DNA from: a virus
Lineage: Duplodnaviria; Caudoviricetes
Direction: 5' to 3' (one strand)
IMG/VR virus record: IMGVR_UViG_3300033076_001194
Coordinates: 1-55,990 of that record
Length of the DNA stretch: 55,990 nt
The notes beneath the pieces were generated by a model. It made no database searches. It had not been told where the DNA came from and saw only the letters and a program-made list of their open reading frames with translations. The position numbers and the translations under genes were made by a program. This document shows, piece after piece, positions 37,846 to 48,815 of the stretch. The first letter of the stretch is position 1, and the number at the start of each line of letters is the position of its first letter.

Positions 37846-38813
37846 TATCTGTCGATGTTAATTATTATGTTGGTATCTGTTACGTTATTTAACGGTAACG
37901 GTTTTGCAAGTTTTGCAACTGCAATTAAGTCTTGTTTTTCATTATAAAGCCCCACTGTGGTTACATATGGGTTAAAATAGGAGCCTGTTGCAAAGTCATA
38001 TAATATCCCTTCTGTTGATCCTGATATTAGGCTAGGGTTTAAACTAAAATTAAACTCAGATGAATTTACTGTACATTTATATTGTGTTTCAAAAATAGTA
38101 TATGAACTAGAGAAGGAACAAGTAACGTATGGGGAACTTATAAATCCAGGTATGAAGTTAGTATCATTTCCACCATAAGTATCTACTCCATAATTTGCTG
38201 TTCCATAAAAAGAACCTGAAGATGCATCTGATGTTATAACAGCTATTCCGTGTTGGTATGTAATTATCCCGCAAAGTTCATTACCTACTGTTATTAAATT
38301 ACCATTACCGTCGTCTGTGATACTTCCTGAAGGTCCTTCTAATTTAAAAGATCCTGGTTGTATTTTTTCTCCAAATAATTTAGTAGGTATTGAAATTACC
38401 CCAATCACTGCATCAGAAGCAGCTGGAAAGTATCTTTCGTAGGTTAGAGTATTTTGTAGGTAGTTCTCATAGCGACCAGCACTTGAAGTAGGCCCTACTA
38501 ATACGTTTCCTGCAGGGTTATTTCCTGGGATTATGTACGGGATAGAGACTGGATCTCCGTAGCTTGAACTAAGGTAGTTTGAATAGTATAATTCTTTTAT
38601 TGAATTATAAATTAACCTCTTGTATTCAGTAGCTACCTGTCCGGTTGTACTTTCACTTAGTGAAAATAAACCTTGTATGTTCTGTCCTAGAAATCTATCA
38701 ATACCAACATCAGATCCAGTTAAAGCAGCTGCACCTTTAAAAGTAAACGCTTTGTTTACCTCAAAGGGAGTTACTATAATATCCGAAGCTAGTAGTTGTT
38801 TGTATGCACTCAT
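37845..38813 (-). CDS. Baseplate/tail structural protein
   Basis: 322 aa; C-terminal EFNFSLNP...PYVTTVGLYNEKQDLIAVAKLAKP; paralogous C-terminus to the next ORF. Confidence 0.65.
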   Translation of the reverse strand: MSAYKQLLASDIIVTPFEVNKAFTFKGAAALTGSDVGIDRFLGQNIQGLFSLSESTTGQVATEYKRLIYNSIKELYYSNYLSSSYGDPVSIPYIIPGNNPAGNVLVGPTSSAGRYENYLQNTLTYERYFPAASDAVIGVISIPTKLFGEKIQPGSFKLEGPSGSITDDGNGNLITVGNELCGIITYQHGIAVITSDASSGSFYGTANYGVDTYGGNDTNFIPGFISSPYVTCSFSSSYTIFETQYKCTVNSSEFNFSLNPSLISGSTEGILYDFATGSYFNPYVTTVGLYNEKQDLIAVAKLAKPLPLNNVTDTNIIINIDR

Positions 38814-38818
38814 TCATT

Positions 38819-39829
38819 TTAGAAATCAAGCTTAACTCTAATCAAAGATTCTTTTGTAAAGTCTTTAACTAAAGGTTTAGACAATTTTGCTACTGCTAGT
38901 AAGTCGTTAGTATCGTTGTAGAATCCTACAGTTGTGATGTAAGTTTGTGGTGAGTTAATAAATGTACTATACAAAACATCTCCTGTTGAACCTGAAATAA
39001 ATGATGGGTTCTCAGAATAGTTAAATTCGGCATTTCTTGATCTTACAAACACGTAATCAGATGTTACTGTCTCTTCACTATTTAGTTGAAAAGAAGCATT
39101 TGCAGCTCCTGAACCTGAGATCGCTCTAAATAATTTACCAATATTATCACCGTCTGCATCTGAAGATCTTGAAGGTTCTAAATTAATTGATTGAGATAGT
39201 GCTAATGGGTTTAGAATAATAGTTGCAATATCTGGTAAGAATAAACCATAAGATCCTGAAGAAGGTGAATACCCTGTTCCTGAATATGCTACTCCGTTTG
39301 AACCAGAAATGATTTGGTATACTCTACCGCAATCTAAATAAGTATCTGTTGATACCATTCCAGAATTATCTGTTAATACTAATGTACCTACTGAACCTCC
39401 TGATCCTGTTAATTTTAAATTAAAAGTACCTTTTAACAAATGCTCTTTATATCTTGCTCTATCAATAGAGATTGCCCAGAAATCAGAAGCGGTTACTGTA
39501 CCGAAGATAAACTGTGCATTTTCATCTCCGTATACTAAATTACGATATTGACCGTAGACTGTTCTTGTTGGTGATACTCCCGGTACTAAATCATTATAGT
39601 TAGCACTTCCTGATCCTTGCTTGTTTCCGTATGCGATTGCAAATTGAACTGCTGATCCAGATGCTGTTGAACCAGTCTGGTATACATTCTTATAGTATGA
39701 ATCATTAGTAGAAGTTGTTGATGATGTCCAGAAAGTACTTAATGTAGGACTGTTAGTAGACCAGGCTGTTGCTGTTACTGAGTCTATACTTACTAGAAAA
39801 TCTTCTGGGTCGAGTCTTTTATATGACAT
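38819..39829 (-). CDS. Baseplate/tail structural protein
   Basis: 336 aa; EFNYSENP...TYITTVGFYNDTNDLLAVAKLSKP; eight SGS/TGS motifs. Confidence 0.65.
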   Translation of the reverse strand: MSYKRLDPEDFLVSIDSVTATAWSTNSPTLSTFWTSSTTSTNDSYYKNVYQTGSTASGSAVQFAIAYGNKQGSGSANYNDLVPGVSPTRTVYGQYRNLVYGDENAQFIFGTVTASDFWAISIDRARYKEHLLKGTFNLKLTGSGGSVGTLVLTDNSGMVSTDTYLDCGRVYQIISGSNGVAYSGTGYSPSSGSYGLFLPDIATIILNPLALSQSINLEPSRSSDADGDNIGKLFRAISGSGAANASFQLNSEETVTSDYVFVRSRNAEFNYSENPSFISGSTGDVLYSTFINSPQTYITTVGFYNDTNDLLAVAKLSKPLVKDFTKESLIRVKLDF

Positions 39830-39839
39830 GCTTTATATC

Positions 39840-40496
39840 TTAGTTTGTTTTAACAATTGTTACTGGGATTTGTAATCTTGCTCCTGAATCTCTTCCTATT
39901 ACTTGCAAGGTTGCAGATAATGAAGTGTTTGATCCGAATAAAGTATTTACTGTTGTTGCACTTACATTTAAAGTGGTTCCAATTACTGTCTTAGATACGT
40001 TAGTACCTACAGTTGTGGTTGAATTTAAAGCAACAACGTCTGGTGTGTTAATTCCCACTCCTGTGAATGAGTTAAATAATCTCACATCAGAAATTGTGAA
40101 TGTATATCCAGAAGCTTCGTATAATGAAGTTTGTGAAAGGTAATTTAAAGTCTGTGGAGTAATTGCAAGACTTGCTCCTTGTTTCAAAGTGATTGAAGAA
40201 TAACCAATATTTAAAACTGGCATTCTAGCAGTACCTCTAGGTAAGGTTACAAGTTTGTATTTCATAATTTGAGTCTCGTCAGGAAATGCTTCTAAAAGAG
40301 GCATGTTCTCGATTGCTTCTCCGTAAAATGCAGAACCTGAAGGCTGTGAAGGATTATAGAGTGTATAATCGATTTCATCGTCTGATAATGCAAATTGTGT
40401 AATTCTAAAAGAGCCATCACCTTTAGCAAGAAGCTCTCTTCCTTTCTTGGTTAAAATTGCATCAACTGTAACTGCAGTATTATTTAAGTATGCCAT
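39840..40496 (-). CDS. Baseplate/tail structural protein
   Basis: 218 aa; DAILTKKGRELLA...ITQFALSDDEIDY resembles the N-terminus of tail-collar fibre-anchor domains. Confidence 0.6.
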   Translation of the reverse strand: MAYLNNTAVTVDAILTKKGRELLAKGDGSFRITQFALSDDEIDYTLYNPSQPSGSAFYGEAIENMPLLEAFPDETQIMKYKLVTLPRGTARMPVLNIGYSSITLKQGASLAITPQTLNYLSQTSLYEASGYTFTISDVRLFNSFTGVGINTPDVVALNSTTTVGTNVSKTVIGTTLNVSATTVNTLFGSNTSLSATLQVIGRDSGARLQIPVTIVKTN

Positions 40497-40528
40497 AATA
40501 TATTATAAATATGTGAATGTATGAACTT

Positions 40529-43500
40529 TTATGAAATAAGGCCAGCTGCTTTTGCTATACTTATCGGATCGTAGTTTATATTAAAGTTTTCTGGTATTAA
40601 TAAACCGACCTCTCCTGAGGTTATGTTGATTTGCGGGTTGGTTGAAACTAGCACTGTAGTTTCATCTGGTATTCTTCTTATTATTCTATAATACTGTTGG
40701 TTATAGGTGGTGCTTAGTGCTTGTCCTGCTAGAAAACTACCTGTCACAGGATTTATAGTTAAGCTGCTACTAATAAACTTACCACCACTCACCCAGTAGC
40801 TACCTGTATCTATTTTTGTTATCCTATATAATGCCATAGCATCAAATGAACTATCTATTGATCCTGTCTGTGCGGAGCTTGTAGCTCCGAATCGTATATA
40901 GTCATTCTCCTGTAAAGGCAAGTAACTTTCTTCATACGTTATTCTATTATCTGCATAACCTGTGTATGTTGTGTTGCTCACCATATAACCTGTCTTCTTA
41001 TTTCTCATCTCTACCCCTGTCGGAGTAAAATACTTAAGAGTATCAGGTGTTGTGCTTCCGAAAGTATAAAGTTGTTTTGTTGTCTGTTGTACCAAGTATA
41101 TCCAACTATTATTTACTGATCCTGCATACCCTGATCCTGAATCTGTTACTTTATTATTACTACTACCGGTGATGAAATACAAATCACTTGCTCCTGTGGT
41201 ACTTTCTAGTTCGTATACCAAGTTAGCACTTGACGCTAATCTAGATATGACTGTTTTGTAATCTGCACCACCTTCTACCACTGTTAAATTAGTTATTGTA
41301 TTTTGATTACTTACATCTTTTGCGTATGCGATAGTTTTAGAGTCTCTTTTAAATATGTTAGATATAAAACTTAAGTATTGGTTATCTCCTGTTAAAGGAA
41401 AGACTTGTCCGTTTATATCTACTATACTGATTAGTTTAAAAGCACTCCCGCCTGGTAATTCAGGGTTTGTGGAAGTATTACTTGAAAACACACCGAAATA
41501 ATCGGAGTAGTTATCTATTACTGCTTTCTGTCCATATGAAACATCTCCAGTGGTATACTCATTGTAAGTAGCGCTTGTTAACTTAGTTCCTGAGTATCTT
41601 CCTATCGACCATGCACTCCCTGATGTGTAGTTTGAGTCTTGAATCTCAGCTTTATAAGCACTTCCTGATAAAATTAAGGAGTAATTAGTTGGAGTATATG
41701 CATCAGAACCGTAATCAACATCTTCGTAGAATATAGATTTTCTACTTCCGGAAACGTTATTTAATAACGGTGTTGTATTTAATTCATAAACTAATTGTGC
41801 AGTTACGGATGAACCAGAATATTCACCGTTATAAAATTCATACTGTGATGAATTAATTTGATTTACAATACCGGCCTTAGTATTTAATGAAGAAGACCAT
41901 GATTGTGTTAAATTGGTTAATACGTTAACTGATCCTCCAGCACCACCTGTGAAAACCTCGATAGACCCTGTTTGATAATCTCTGGCTGCAGATGTTACTG
42001 ATCCTGTGTATTCAGGTTGGGTGTATGAAGTTTGAGCCGGTCTTTGTCTATTTCTTTCAAGCAAATGCTGCTTGATAACGATACCGGTTGATACTCCTGC
42101 TCTTGCAGGAATAAAGTCCTTAACCATTCTAAAGACTGCATTGTCAAAGTATTTTGCAAGTCTTGTGTAGTCGTTCCAGTTATACGAATCAGAGTATTTT
42201 TGAAAATAATTTCTAGATAAGGAGTCTAGATCTGGGTAGATTAGGGAGTCTGAATTTATGTTTCTAGGGTCTCCGATGTATTCTCCTATGTTGAAATAAC
42301 CTAAAGATGAATTTATATCATCATTGATTTCATTTTGAGGAGATAGAGCAATCTCAACATAATTTACATCCTGGGTATAGCTACTTTCCGAAGTTGCTTT
42401 TTGTTGAATTGAGCCTAATGTTGATAGTGTTGTATTTTCAGGTAGGTTGTTGGAGCCGGTAGGTGGTAATATTACTGTGCCTAAGTGAATCTTATCAGAT
42501 ACTGCATTCTGAATACCTGCAGGTACTTGATCAAAGAATATTGTCTCTACATTCGGTTCGTAATAAGGTGTTGATTTTATATAGAATATACTTGTTCCCG
42601 AAAATGAAGAAGTGGTTGTCCAGGTACCAGAAACTTTTGGATGTACTGAAATAGAACTAGTGTAAAGTTCTCCTCCTAAAGCTGCTCTAAATGCTAATTC
42701 ATCTACTGAGCTTGTGAAGCTATTACCCTCAATTGAACTAGGGTTCATTACATAGTCATCAAAAACGCTTTCACTTAATGCGTTCTTATAGTATCTTATT
42801 TCTTGTAATGATCCTGTAAATAGGTTGGCAGAGAAAGAAGAACTTCCAAAGAATGACTTAGTGGCTGTGGACCATCCGTTAATACCTGTAACACTTGCTA
42901 CACCTTGAAATCCTAGTGTATTACCATCTACGCCGTTATAAATTTTATTTTTAGCATAGACTGTAAAGTTTGAACTTCCGTTATTGTTAATTAATACAGA
43001 CCACCAACCTCCGTCAAAGAACGGTAAGTAGATACTTGCTGTTGTATTTAAATCAGAAGCGGTTGGGTAGAATTCAAGGGTACCGTATTGGTAATATGAA
43101 TCAACTGAAGATCCTGAATAAGATCCTGAGGTCATTCCTGAGCCTGTGTATTTTAAAACTAAACCTACTCCATTATCTGTTGACCATAAACTCTGTGAGT
43201 AATAACCTGCTGTAGGTAGGCCCGGTGTTTTAAATCTAAATTCAACTGCACCTGGTCTATTATTTGTAGCTCCCCAGCTTGAGTTTAATTCAAAAGAAGA
43301 GCTTATATAATTTGATCCTGAGGTGTTGAATGCATAATTAAACTGTGATTGCCAATTATCCCAAGTGTTACTATTTTCGTCTTTTCCTCCGAATTCATTT
43401 ATTCTTAGAATTGTATCTGGGATACCAAAACAATTTAATAATACTTTCAATCCTGCAATGGTTCCTTTTTTCTTTAGTAAGAACGGAAGGTTGTGGTAAA

Positions 43501-45061
43501 GTCTTTTATAAACTAATTTTTGGGCATCATTAAAAGGAGTGGTATCTGCAGATGCAGTTACGTAGCTTGTGATTAATTCACTGCCTGTTGGCGGTAGAGT
43601 TGAACCACCTGGTGTAATTCCCAGGTATGAAGTGTATAAGTCTCCGTTTGAGAAATTACTTTCGTATAGGGTTACTCCGTAAGATCTTAATGCATCAGCA
43701 ACTAAATCTACTGAGATACCTCCTGAAAGGCTGTTGTCACTATCCTGTCTGTTTTCAATTGCTTTAGTGTATAGCCAGATTTGATCAAACATCTGACCTA
43801 CTTCTTCATTAAAAAGTTTAAATTGGTCGTTGTCTGTATCTTCCGTAATATAAGCTGGATATACGTTATAGATGTAGTTTTGATTAAACTCATCATATAA
43901 GGAAGCAGAATCTAATTGATCAGTATACCAAGTTAAGACTTCAGAAGATCCTGTTGAGAATAAAGTATAAGGTTTAACTGATGTTGACTTTGGCCAAGCT
44001 GTTGAACTTGATTCGAAGTATAGGTAGTAATCATAACCGTCAAAATTAGTTATAAGTTTATCTATTTCTGCTTGGTAGATCGCCTTACTTGCAGATACTT
44101 CTGTAGTACTTGTTAGAGTATTTAAAGTTGTAATTTGATTATTGTAATTTTCAATTTGAGAAACTTTATAATAAAAATTAACTAATCTCTGCTCTGCTGA
44201 ACTAAAAAATACAAAATTCTCAAAATTACTATAGTCTGTGTTTAATTCTGCTCTTCTTTCTACTAATATACTTCTTAACTGGTTTGTCAAGCTTGCAGAA
44301 GGAGCATTTAATAATGTAGAGAAGTTTTGGTATTCTGTAGAGTTATTTGTAGTTTCTTGAATTTTAATGTTCAAGTTAGGTCCCTGTAGTCGAATAGAAG
44401 AATCTAACAGTATCTGTTCTTGTGGATACTCTATACTATAAGCAACTGGTTCAGATACTTTCTCTACAAAATTAAAGTTAGATTTTACTCCGTATTCAAA
44501 CGGTAACGGCTCATATAATTTAATTAAGACAGTATTATCTTGATAGCCTACATTAATTGCAAGTAGTAGTGTATCTAATCCAAAATCTAAATAAATTCCT
44601 TTGAATAAATCTCCTTGATTCAGGATTGTCTGTAATGTACTAGCAATTTCTTGTAGCTGAACAGAGGTATAAGAAGAGTTAGTTATTCTTAATTCTGTTC
44701 TATCTGAAGATATTGCCGAGATGTAAAATAAGGGATTACCTGTTATTAAAGGCCTTAAAAAATTATAATTTACTTCATAAGATCCTTGTGAAAATCCATT
44801 CTGCTGTAAATCTAAAACCGGATCGATGTTGATCTGTGTGGTTGTATTATTTGAGATTTTACCGCTTGTTATTGAATAGTCGGTAGTAAGTTTCCTGATG
44901 ACATTTCCTAGGTTGTCATAAACATACGCCTGTATAACATCTGTATCTACATTGAAAGAGTTTTCCAGTGAGATGCTTGCGATATTCTCAGTATCAACCG
45001 GGGTTAATTCTTGCCCGGAAGTGTTAAGCGGTATGATAGGGTATACGGTAGGTGTTGCCAT
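40529..45061 (-). CDS. Large baseplate wedge-like protein
   Basis: 1510 aa; LLKKKGTIAGLKVLLNCFG (P2 gpI/T4 gp7-like KGT motif), LamG-like segment (FTGSLQEIRYY); within baseplate block. Confidence 0.65.
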   Translation of the reverse strand: MATPTVYPIIPLNTSGQELTPVDTENIASISLENSFNVDTDVIQAYVYDNLGNVIRKLTTDYSITSGKISNNTTTQINIDPVLDLQQNGFSQGSYEVNYNFLRPLITGNPLFYISAISSDRTELRITNSSYTSVQLQEIASTLQTILNQGDLFKGIYLDFGLDTLLLAINVGYQDNTVLIKLYEPLPFEYGVKSNFNFVEKVSEPVAYSIEYPQEQILLDSSIRLQGPNLNIKIQETTNNSTEYQNFSTLLNAPSASLTNQLRSILVERRAELNTDYSNFENFVFFSSAEQRLVNFYYKVSQIENYNNQITTLNTLTSTTEVSASKAIYQAEIDKLITNFDGYDYYLYFESSSTAWPKSTSVKPYTLFSTGSSEVLTWYTDQLDSASLYDEFNQNYIYNVYPAYITEDTDNDQFKLFNEEVGQMFDQIWLYTKAIENRQDSDNSLSGGISVDLVADALRSYGVTLYESNFSNGDLYTSYLGITPGGSTLPPTGSELITSYVTASADTTPFNDAQKLVYKRLYHNLPFLLKKKGTIAGLKVLLNCFGIPDTILRINEFGGKDENSNTWDNWQSQFNYAFNTSGSNYISSSFELNSSWGATNNRPGAVEFRFKTPGLPTAGYYSQSLWSTDNGVGLVLKYTGSGMTSGSYSGSSVDSYYQYGTLEFYPTASDLNTTASIYLPFFDGGWWSVLINNNGSSNFTVYAKNKIYNGVDGNTLGFQGVASVTGINGWSTATKSFFGSSSFSANLFTGSLQEIRYYKNALSESVFDDYVMNPSSIEGNSFTSSVDELAFRAALGGELYTSSISVHPKVSGTWTTTSSFSGTSIFYIKSTPYYEPNVETIFFDQVPAGIQNAVSDKIHLGTVILPPTGSNNLPENTTLSTLGSIQQKATSESSYTQDVNYVEIALSPQNEINDDINSSLGYFNIGEYIGDPRNINSDSLIYPDLDSLSRNYFQKYSDSYNWNDYTRLAKYFDNAVFRMVKDFIPARAGVSTGIVIKQHLLERNRQRPAQTSYTQPEYTGSVTSAARDYQTGSIEVFTGGAGGSVNVLTNLTQSWSSSLNTKAGIVNQINSSQYEFYNGEYSGSSVTAQLVYELNTTPLLNNVSGSRKSIFYEDVDYGSDAYTPTNYSLILSGSAYKAEIQDSNYTSGSAWSIGRYSGTKLTSATYNEYTTGDVSYGQKAVIDNYSDYFGVFSSNTSTNPELPGGSAFKLISIVDINGQVFPLTGDNQYLSFISNIFKRDSKTIAYAKDVSNQNTITNLTVVEGGADYKTVISRLASSANLVYELESTTGASDLYFITGSSNNKVTDSGSGYAGSVNNSWIYLVQQTTKQLYTFGSTTPDTLKYFTPTGVEMRNKKTGYMVSNTTYTGYADNRITYEESYLPLQENDYIRFGATSSAQTGSIDSSFDAMALYRITKIDTGSYWVSGGKFISSSLTINPVTGSFLAGQALSTTYNQQYYRIIRRIPDETTVLVSTNPQINITSGEVGLLIPENFNINYDPISIAKAAGLIS

Positions 45062-45414
45062 TATTGTGCTGTTGTCAAATTAAGAAGTGATTGTTGTAGC
45101 TGTAGATTTTCTTCTCTCAAATTTGTGATTTCTGCCTGAAGTGCTTCGATTTCTGCATTTGTAGAGGTTCCGGAAATATACTCTGAGCTCTGTTTTACAA
45201 GGTATTCGTGTGAATTAGTTTCACCTGTTTTTGGTATTTGGTAGAATAAATCAGAGTAAGCATTGAAGAATTCCGATACAGAGATAGTAGTCCCTACTGC
45301 TCCTGCTTGAGAACCAGTGGTCGGTGGTACGAATTCAGTAAAGGCTGTATTTATTGTATTATTAAGCTCTACTCTGTTATACCCTACTACTCCTATGTTA
45401 ATTGTTTCTGCCAT
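45061..45414 (-). CDS. Hypothetical baseplate-associated protein
   Basis: 117 aa with C-terminal coiled coil; TAATG-coupled on both sides. Confidence 0.55.
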   Translation of the reverse strand: MAETINIGVVGYNRVELNNTINTAFTEFVPPTTGSQAGAVGTTISVSEFFNAYSDLFYQIPKTGETNSHEYLVKQSSEYISGTSTNAEIEALQAEITNLREENLQLQQSLLNLTTAQ

Positions 45415-46541
45415 TATCCGTTTACAACTTTAAAAGTGTAATTATCATCAAATACTATAGTTGAGTTTCCAATTGTACTTTGAATCAAGATTTTATAATA
45501 CCTCTCCGGTTCTAATCCATTCATGTACAAAGTAAAGTAATTCCCGGTTGAATCGCAACTTAATTTAGTGTATGTTGAATCAAAATCAATTACGAACTCA
45601 TCTGTATCTAGATCTTTAACTGCATAATAAGAAGCTGTTGGTAATGCGTAATTATCAGTGTATACTGATGCTGTCTGCCATACTCTTACTGGGTAGGTAG
45701 GTCTTGCATTTACTCTAAAAGTATTAATGCTGCTTGAGTAAAATACCCCCGGATTGTCTTGTATTCCAATTGTTGCAGGTAGTGTTGTGAGAGTTGTTAG
45801 AGAACCTGGATTGTAGTTATAGTCATTCCATTTTAATTCTAACTGCGGAGGGTAAATTGTATGAGTATCTCTTGAGAAAAACTGCAATGTTACACTTCCT
45901 AAAATATTATCTATAAATTCTTGAGAACTTGACTGTCTTACGATTACTCCATAGTTTTGAAATGCACTCGAAGACCAGTTGGTTACTATTGAGGTGATAT
46001 TTACATTAACATCTAGGTCAGAATAATAACTAAAGCTTTGACTTGCTTGTGATGCTGTATACCAAACTCCTCCACCTATTGAATTAGGATTCTTAGTTAA
46101 GTTAAAAGATCCTGTAGTGCCGGATGTAAAACCGGAAGTAGTCCAAGCGTTACTGCCAGAATATGATCTATAAACCCAGGAAGCTCCATTACTATTCTCT
46201 GGTAGATCTAAAAATTTACCGGTACCCATTGACCAGTCTTCTGCAAGAGCATTAACGTTCAAGGTAGTCGTATTTGATAACCCGGTTGAGTTTGCTACAA
46301 AGCATCTTAGGTTTGCTTGCCAGGTTGCAGATCCTACTTTAGTGTTAAAGAGAGATTGTAATTCTGGTTGGCTAAATTTGATTAGAAATCTAGAAGCTTG
46401 TGGATAAGATCCGTCAACTTGTAGCTGTGTGGTTTTATAATTACTAGATGCATCTAATATTTCATCCAACCCTGTATTCATTGTAGGGTATCCTGAATAG
46501 ATAGTTGTATCTGCTATAGGGAATAATTTATATACTGCCAT
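45414..46541 (-). CDS. Virion structural protein (beta-sandwich, DNRLRE/CBM96-like)
   Basis: ADTTIYS...NTGLDEIL...RFLIKF...NYGVIV...FFSRDT...PQLELKW pattern. Confidence 0.55.
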   Translation of the reverse strand: MAVYKLFPIADTTIYSGYPTMNTGLDEILDASSNYKTTQLQVDGSYPQASRFLIKFSQPELQSLFNTKVGSATWQANLRCFVANSTGLSNTTTLNVNALAEDWSMGTGKFLDLPENSNGASWVYRSYSGSNAWTTSGFTSGTTGSFNLTKNPNSIGGGVWYTASQASQSFSYYSDLDVNVNITSIVTNWSSSAFQNYGVIVRQSSSQEFIDNILGSVTLQFFSRDTHTIYPPQLELKWNDYNYNPGSLTTLTTLPATIGIQDNPGVFYSSSINTFRVNARPTYPVRVWQTASVYTDNYALPTASYYAVKDLDTDEFVIDFDSTYTKLSCDSTGNYFTLYMNGLEPERYYKILIQSTIGNSTIVFDDNYTFKVVNG

Positions 46542-46552
46542 TTTAGTTTATT

Positions 46553-48412
46553 TTATAAAGGTACTACTCTTCCTTTAATATCTGTTTCAGGATATTTAAC
46601 TTCAAAAATACAAGGGTCAAGAGAAGGATATACAACATTGTTCTGTGTTGCAGATGATAGGTCATAAGAGTATTTTGAATACCCTAAATCCTCTCCGGAT
46701 TTATTAGTTATGTATACTGATTTTACTGTTTGAACTCCTGGTACTTTATCTAAAAGTATATTAAGATCTTTTAACATTATCGGCTGGTTGAATTGCCATT
46801 TTTCTATGTTAAAATAATTTCTTAATTCTGTCAAGCAGTTTATCAATACTTCGTTATTGTTAAAATTAGGCCTAACTACAATCTCAAAATCAACCCCGAT
46901 ATTGATTATAAAGCCATCTTTTATAGATACTCTATCTCCTACCATTCTATACTCTGATAAATACGTAGCAAGGTTTTGTTTTACTGCATTAGAAACTGTT
47001 CGTAAGTGGTTACTTGCATTATACCCTAGAACATATAGAGTTAAAGTACTCGCAATTTCCCCCGGTAATGTGGTTTGATTTGCTTTAGTAGGTTCTACAA
47101 ATGCTTTAGCAATTGATCCGTAGTTAGAAGGCATAGATAACGCTCTAACTAGATAATCATTTGGTGTAACGTTTCTTAACTGTGATTGATAAGCAACCAA
47201 AGTATTTTGTCTAATTTCTTCTAAAGTATCCCCTCCTGCTCCTCCATCTGCTGCTTTTGTATTATTTACAGCGATCGTTGAGAAGATGTAGTTTGCAGTT
47301 GCTGTATTTAAATTATTTCCTAAGAAACTAATACCGGTAGCTGTATTTAGTGTGTTTAATGTACCGGCTTCTACGTTTGAACTTACTCCACCGCCTGTTA
47401 AATATCTTACTGTTAGAGTAGTGTTTGCAGGAGCGATACCGTAAGTATCTGTGTATAAAAAGTTTGTAGGGTCGAATGCTGTTGTTAGTTTAGATTGTTC
47501 ATAAGGTAGTCCTATACCGACATTATTTGCATCTGGAGTTATTGTTTCATCTACATCATTAGTTGTACCGGAACCAAATTGAATATCTAAATTAGTATTA
47601 GATCTAAAACGAGTTACAAAACGTCTAGGTTTTTTATCTAATTGTAAGATGTAAGGAGCGTCTGTATCTTGGTAAGAATTTGGATCGTTTGGATTTGTAT
47701 TCTTAATAGAATTAAATACCATCTCCTGCCCTAGGTATGGAACTTCATACCAAACATTACCTTCTGAGTCTGTGATATCAAGAACTTGAATAATGTTAGG
47801 GGCGGTTAAAGTGATTGTTGAAAATGATTGTGGTGCTCCGAAAGAGAATGTCTCTGTTTGTATTTGAGCAGAGATTGCTTTTCTAGTTTTCTTAAGAAGG
47901 TAGTACTGAGGATTACCAGCGGATATTTGATATACAGAAATCTCTGTAGGATCTAATGAGCTTGATACTGTGAAATCTATATTTCCCTGTACTAAAAAAT
48001 TTGAGGAACCGCCTGCATTTCTAATCTGTGTGTTTTCAGGGAAGTATAATGCGTAATCAAAATCAGGTATGTAAGATGATCCTGATAGTTTAGCTGGTAA
48101 TTGTTGGTAAAAATCTATATCAACAGTAGCGGCTTTTGTTACTTTTGGCTTATAGCCTAGCATGTAAGCAAGGTTGTAAAGACTTTCTTCTTGTTTTGCA
48201 TACTGTAAGAAGGTCTCTTGGATTTGATTATCTAGATAGAAAGATAATACATCACCTACGTATGCAGATGTTTCAAGGAACATCATACCGGGAGAGGTAG
48301 CACTAAAATCATTATATGTATTTGGGAAATACGTTTTAGTGAAATCTACCAGTAGGTTCTTCAATCCTGCAAAATCCCTGTTGAAGTATTTTATGTCTTT
48401 ATTTTCAGCCAT
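46553..48412 (-). CDS. gp6: Baseplate wedge subunit, T4 gp6-like
   Basis: DFAGLK...YNDFS...GDVLSFYLDNQIQE, IQFGSG, GGAGGDTLEEIR, QLRNVTPNDY. Confidence 0.9.
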   Translation of the reverse strand: MAENKDIKYFNRDFAGLKNLLVDFTKTYFPNTYNDFSATSPGMMFLETSAYVGDVLSFYLDNQIQETFLQYAKQEESLYNLAYMLGYKPKVTKAATVDIDFYQQLPAKLSGSSYIPDFDYALYFPENTQIRNAGGSSNFLVQGNIDFTVSSSLDPTEISVYQISAGNPQYYLLKKTRKAISAQIQTETFSFGAPQSFSTITLTAPNIIQVLDITDSEGNVWYEVPYLGQEMVFNSIKNTNPNDPNSYQDTDAPYILQLDKKPRRFVTRFRSNTNLDIQFGSGTTNDVDETITPDANNVGIGLPYEQSKLTTAFDPTNFLYTDTYGIAPANTTLTVRYLTGGGVSSNVEAGTLNTLNTATGISFLGNNLNTATANYIFSTIAVNNTKAADGGAGGDTLEEIRQNTLVAYQSQLRNVTPNDYLVRALSMPSNYGSIAKAFVEPTKANQTTLPGEIASTLTLYVLGYNASNHLRTVSNAVKQNLATYLSEYRMVGDRVSIKDGFIINIGVDFEIVVRPNFNNNEVLINCLTELRNYFNIEKWQFNQPIMLKDLNILLDKVPGVQTVKSVYITNKSGEDLGYSKYSYDLSSATQNNVVYPSLDPCIFEVKYPETDIKGRVVPL

Positions 48413-48815
48413 TATTTAAATTTATTTCTAAAGTATCTGTCAATCCAGTATTCACTATGCTGTAATTTATCTGGATGAATATTGTATTGTAATCTGGTGA
48501 TGTTTGGATAGTAACTGTTCCTTGTATGTTAGGGAAGTATTTTTCAATTATACTCCCTATGTAAGTTTCTATCTCCGCTACACCTAGGGTCGTTATTTGT
48601 TCGAAAACAAACTTACGTAATCCTGCTCCAAAGGTTGGATTAAAGACTCTTTCTTGTGGTCCCGTTAATAAAAAATTAATCAGGTTGTTTCGGATAGCGT
48701 CTTTAGTTGTAAAAGTTGGTTTAAAAACTGCGTTAGCTTTGAATGGTAAAGACACCCCAACCGCCTTGTTAGGATTCTGGTCTATAGGGGCTATCTTAAC
48801 AAATCCAAATGCCAT
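48405..48815 (-). CDS. gp25: Baseplate wedge subunit, gp25-like
   Basis: IRNNLINFLLTGPQERVFNPTFGAGLRKFVFEQ. Confidence 0.92.
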   Translation of the reverse strand: MAFGFVKIAPIDQNPNKAVGVSLPFKANAVFKPTFTTKDAIRNNLINFLLTGPQERVFNPTFGAGLRKFVFEQITTLGVAEIETYIGSIIEKYFPNIQGTVTIQTSPDYNTIFIQINYSIVNTGLTDTLEINLNNG

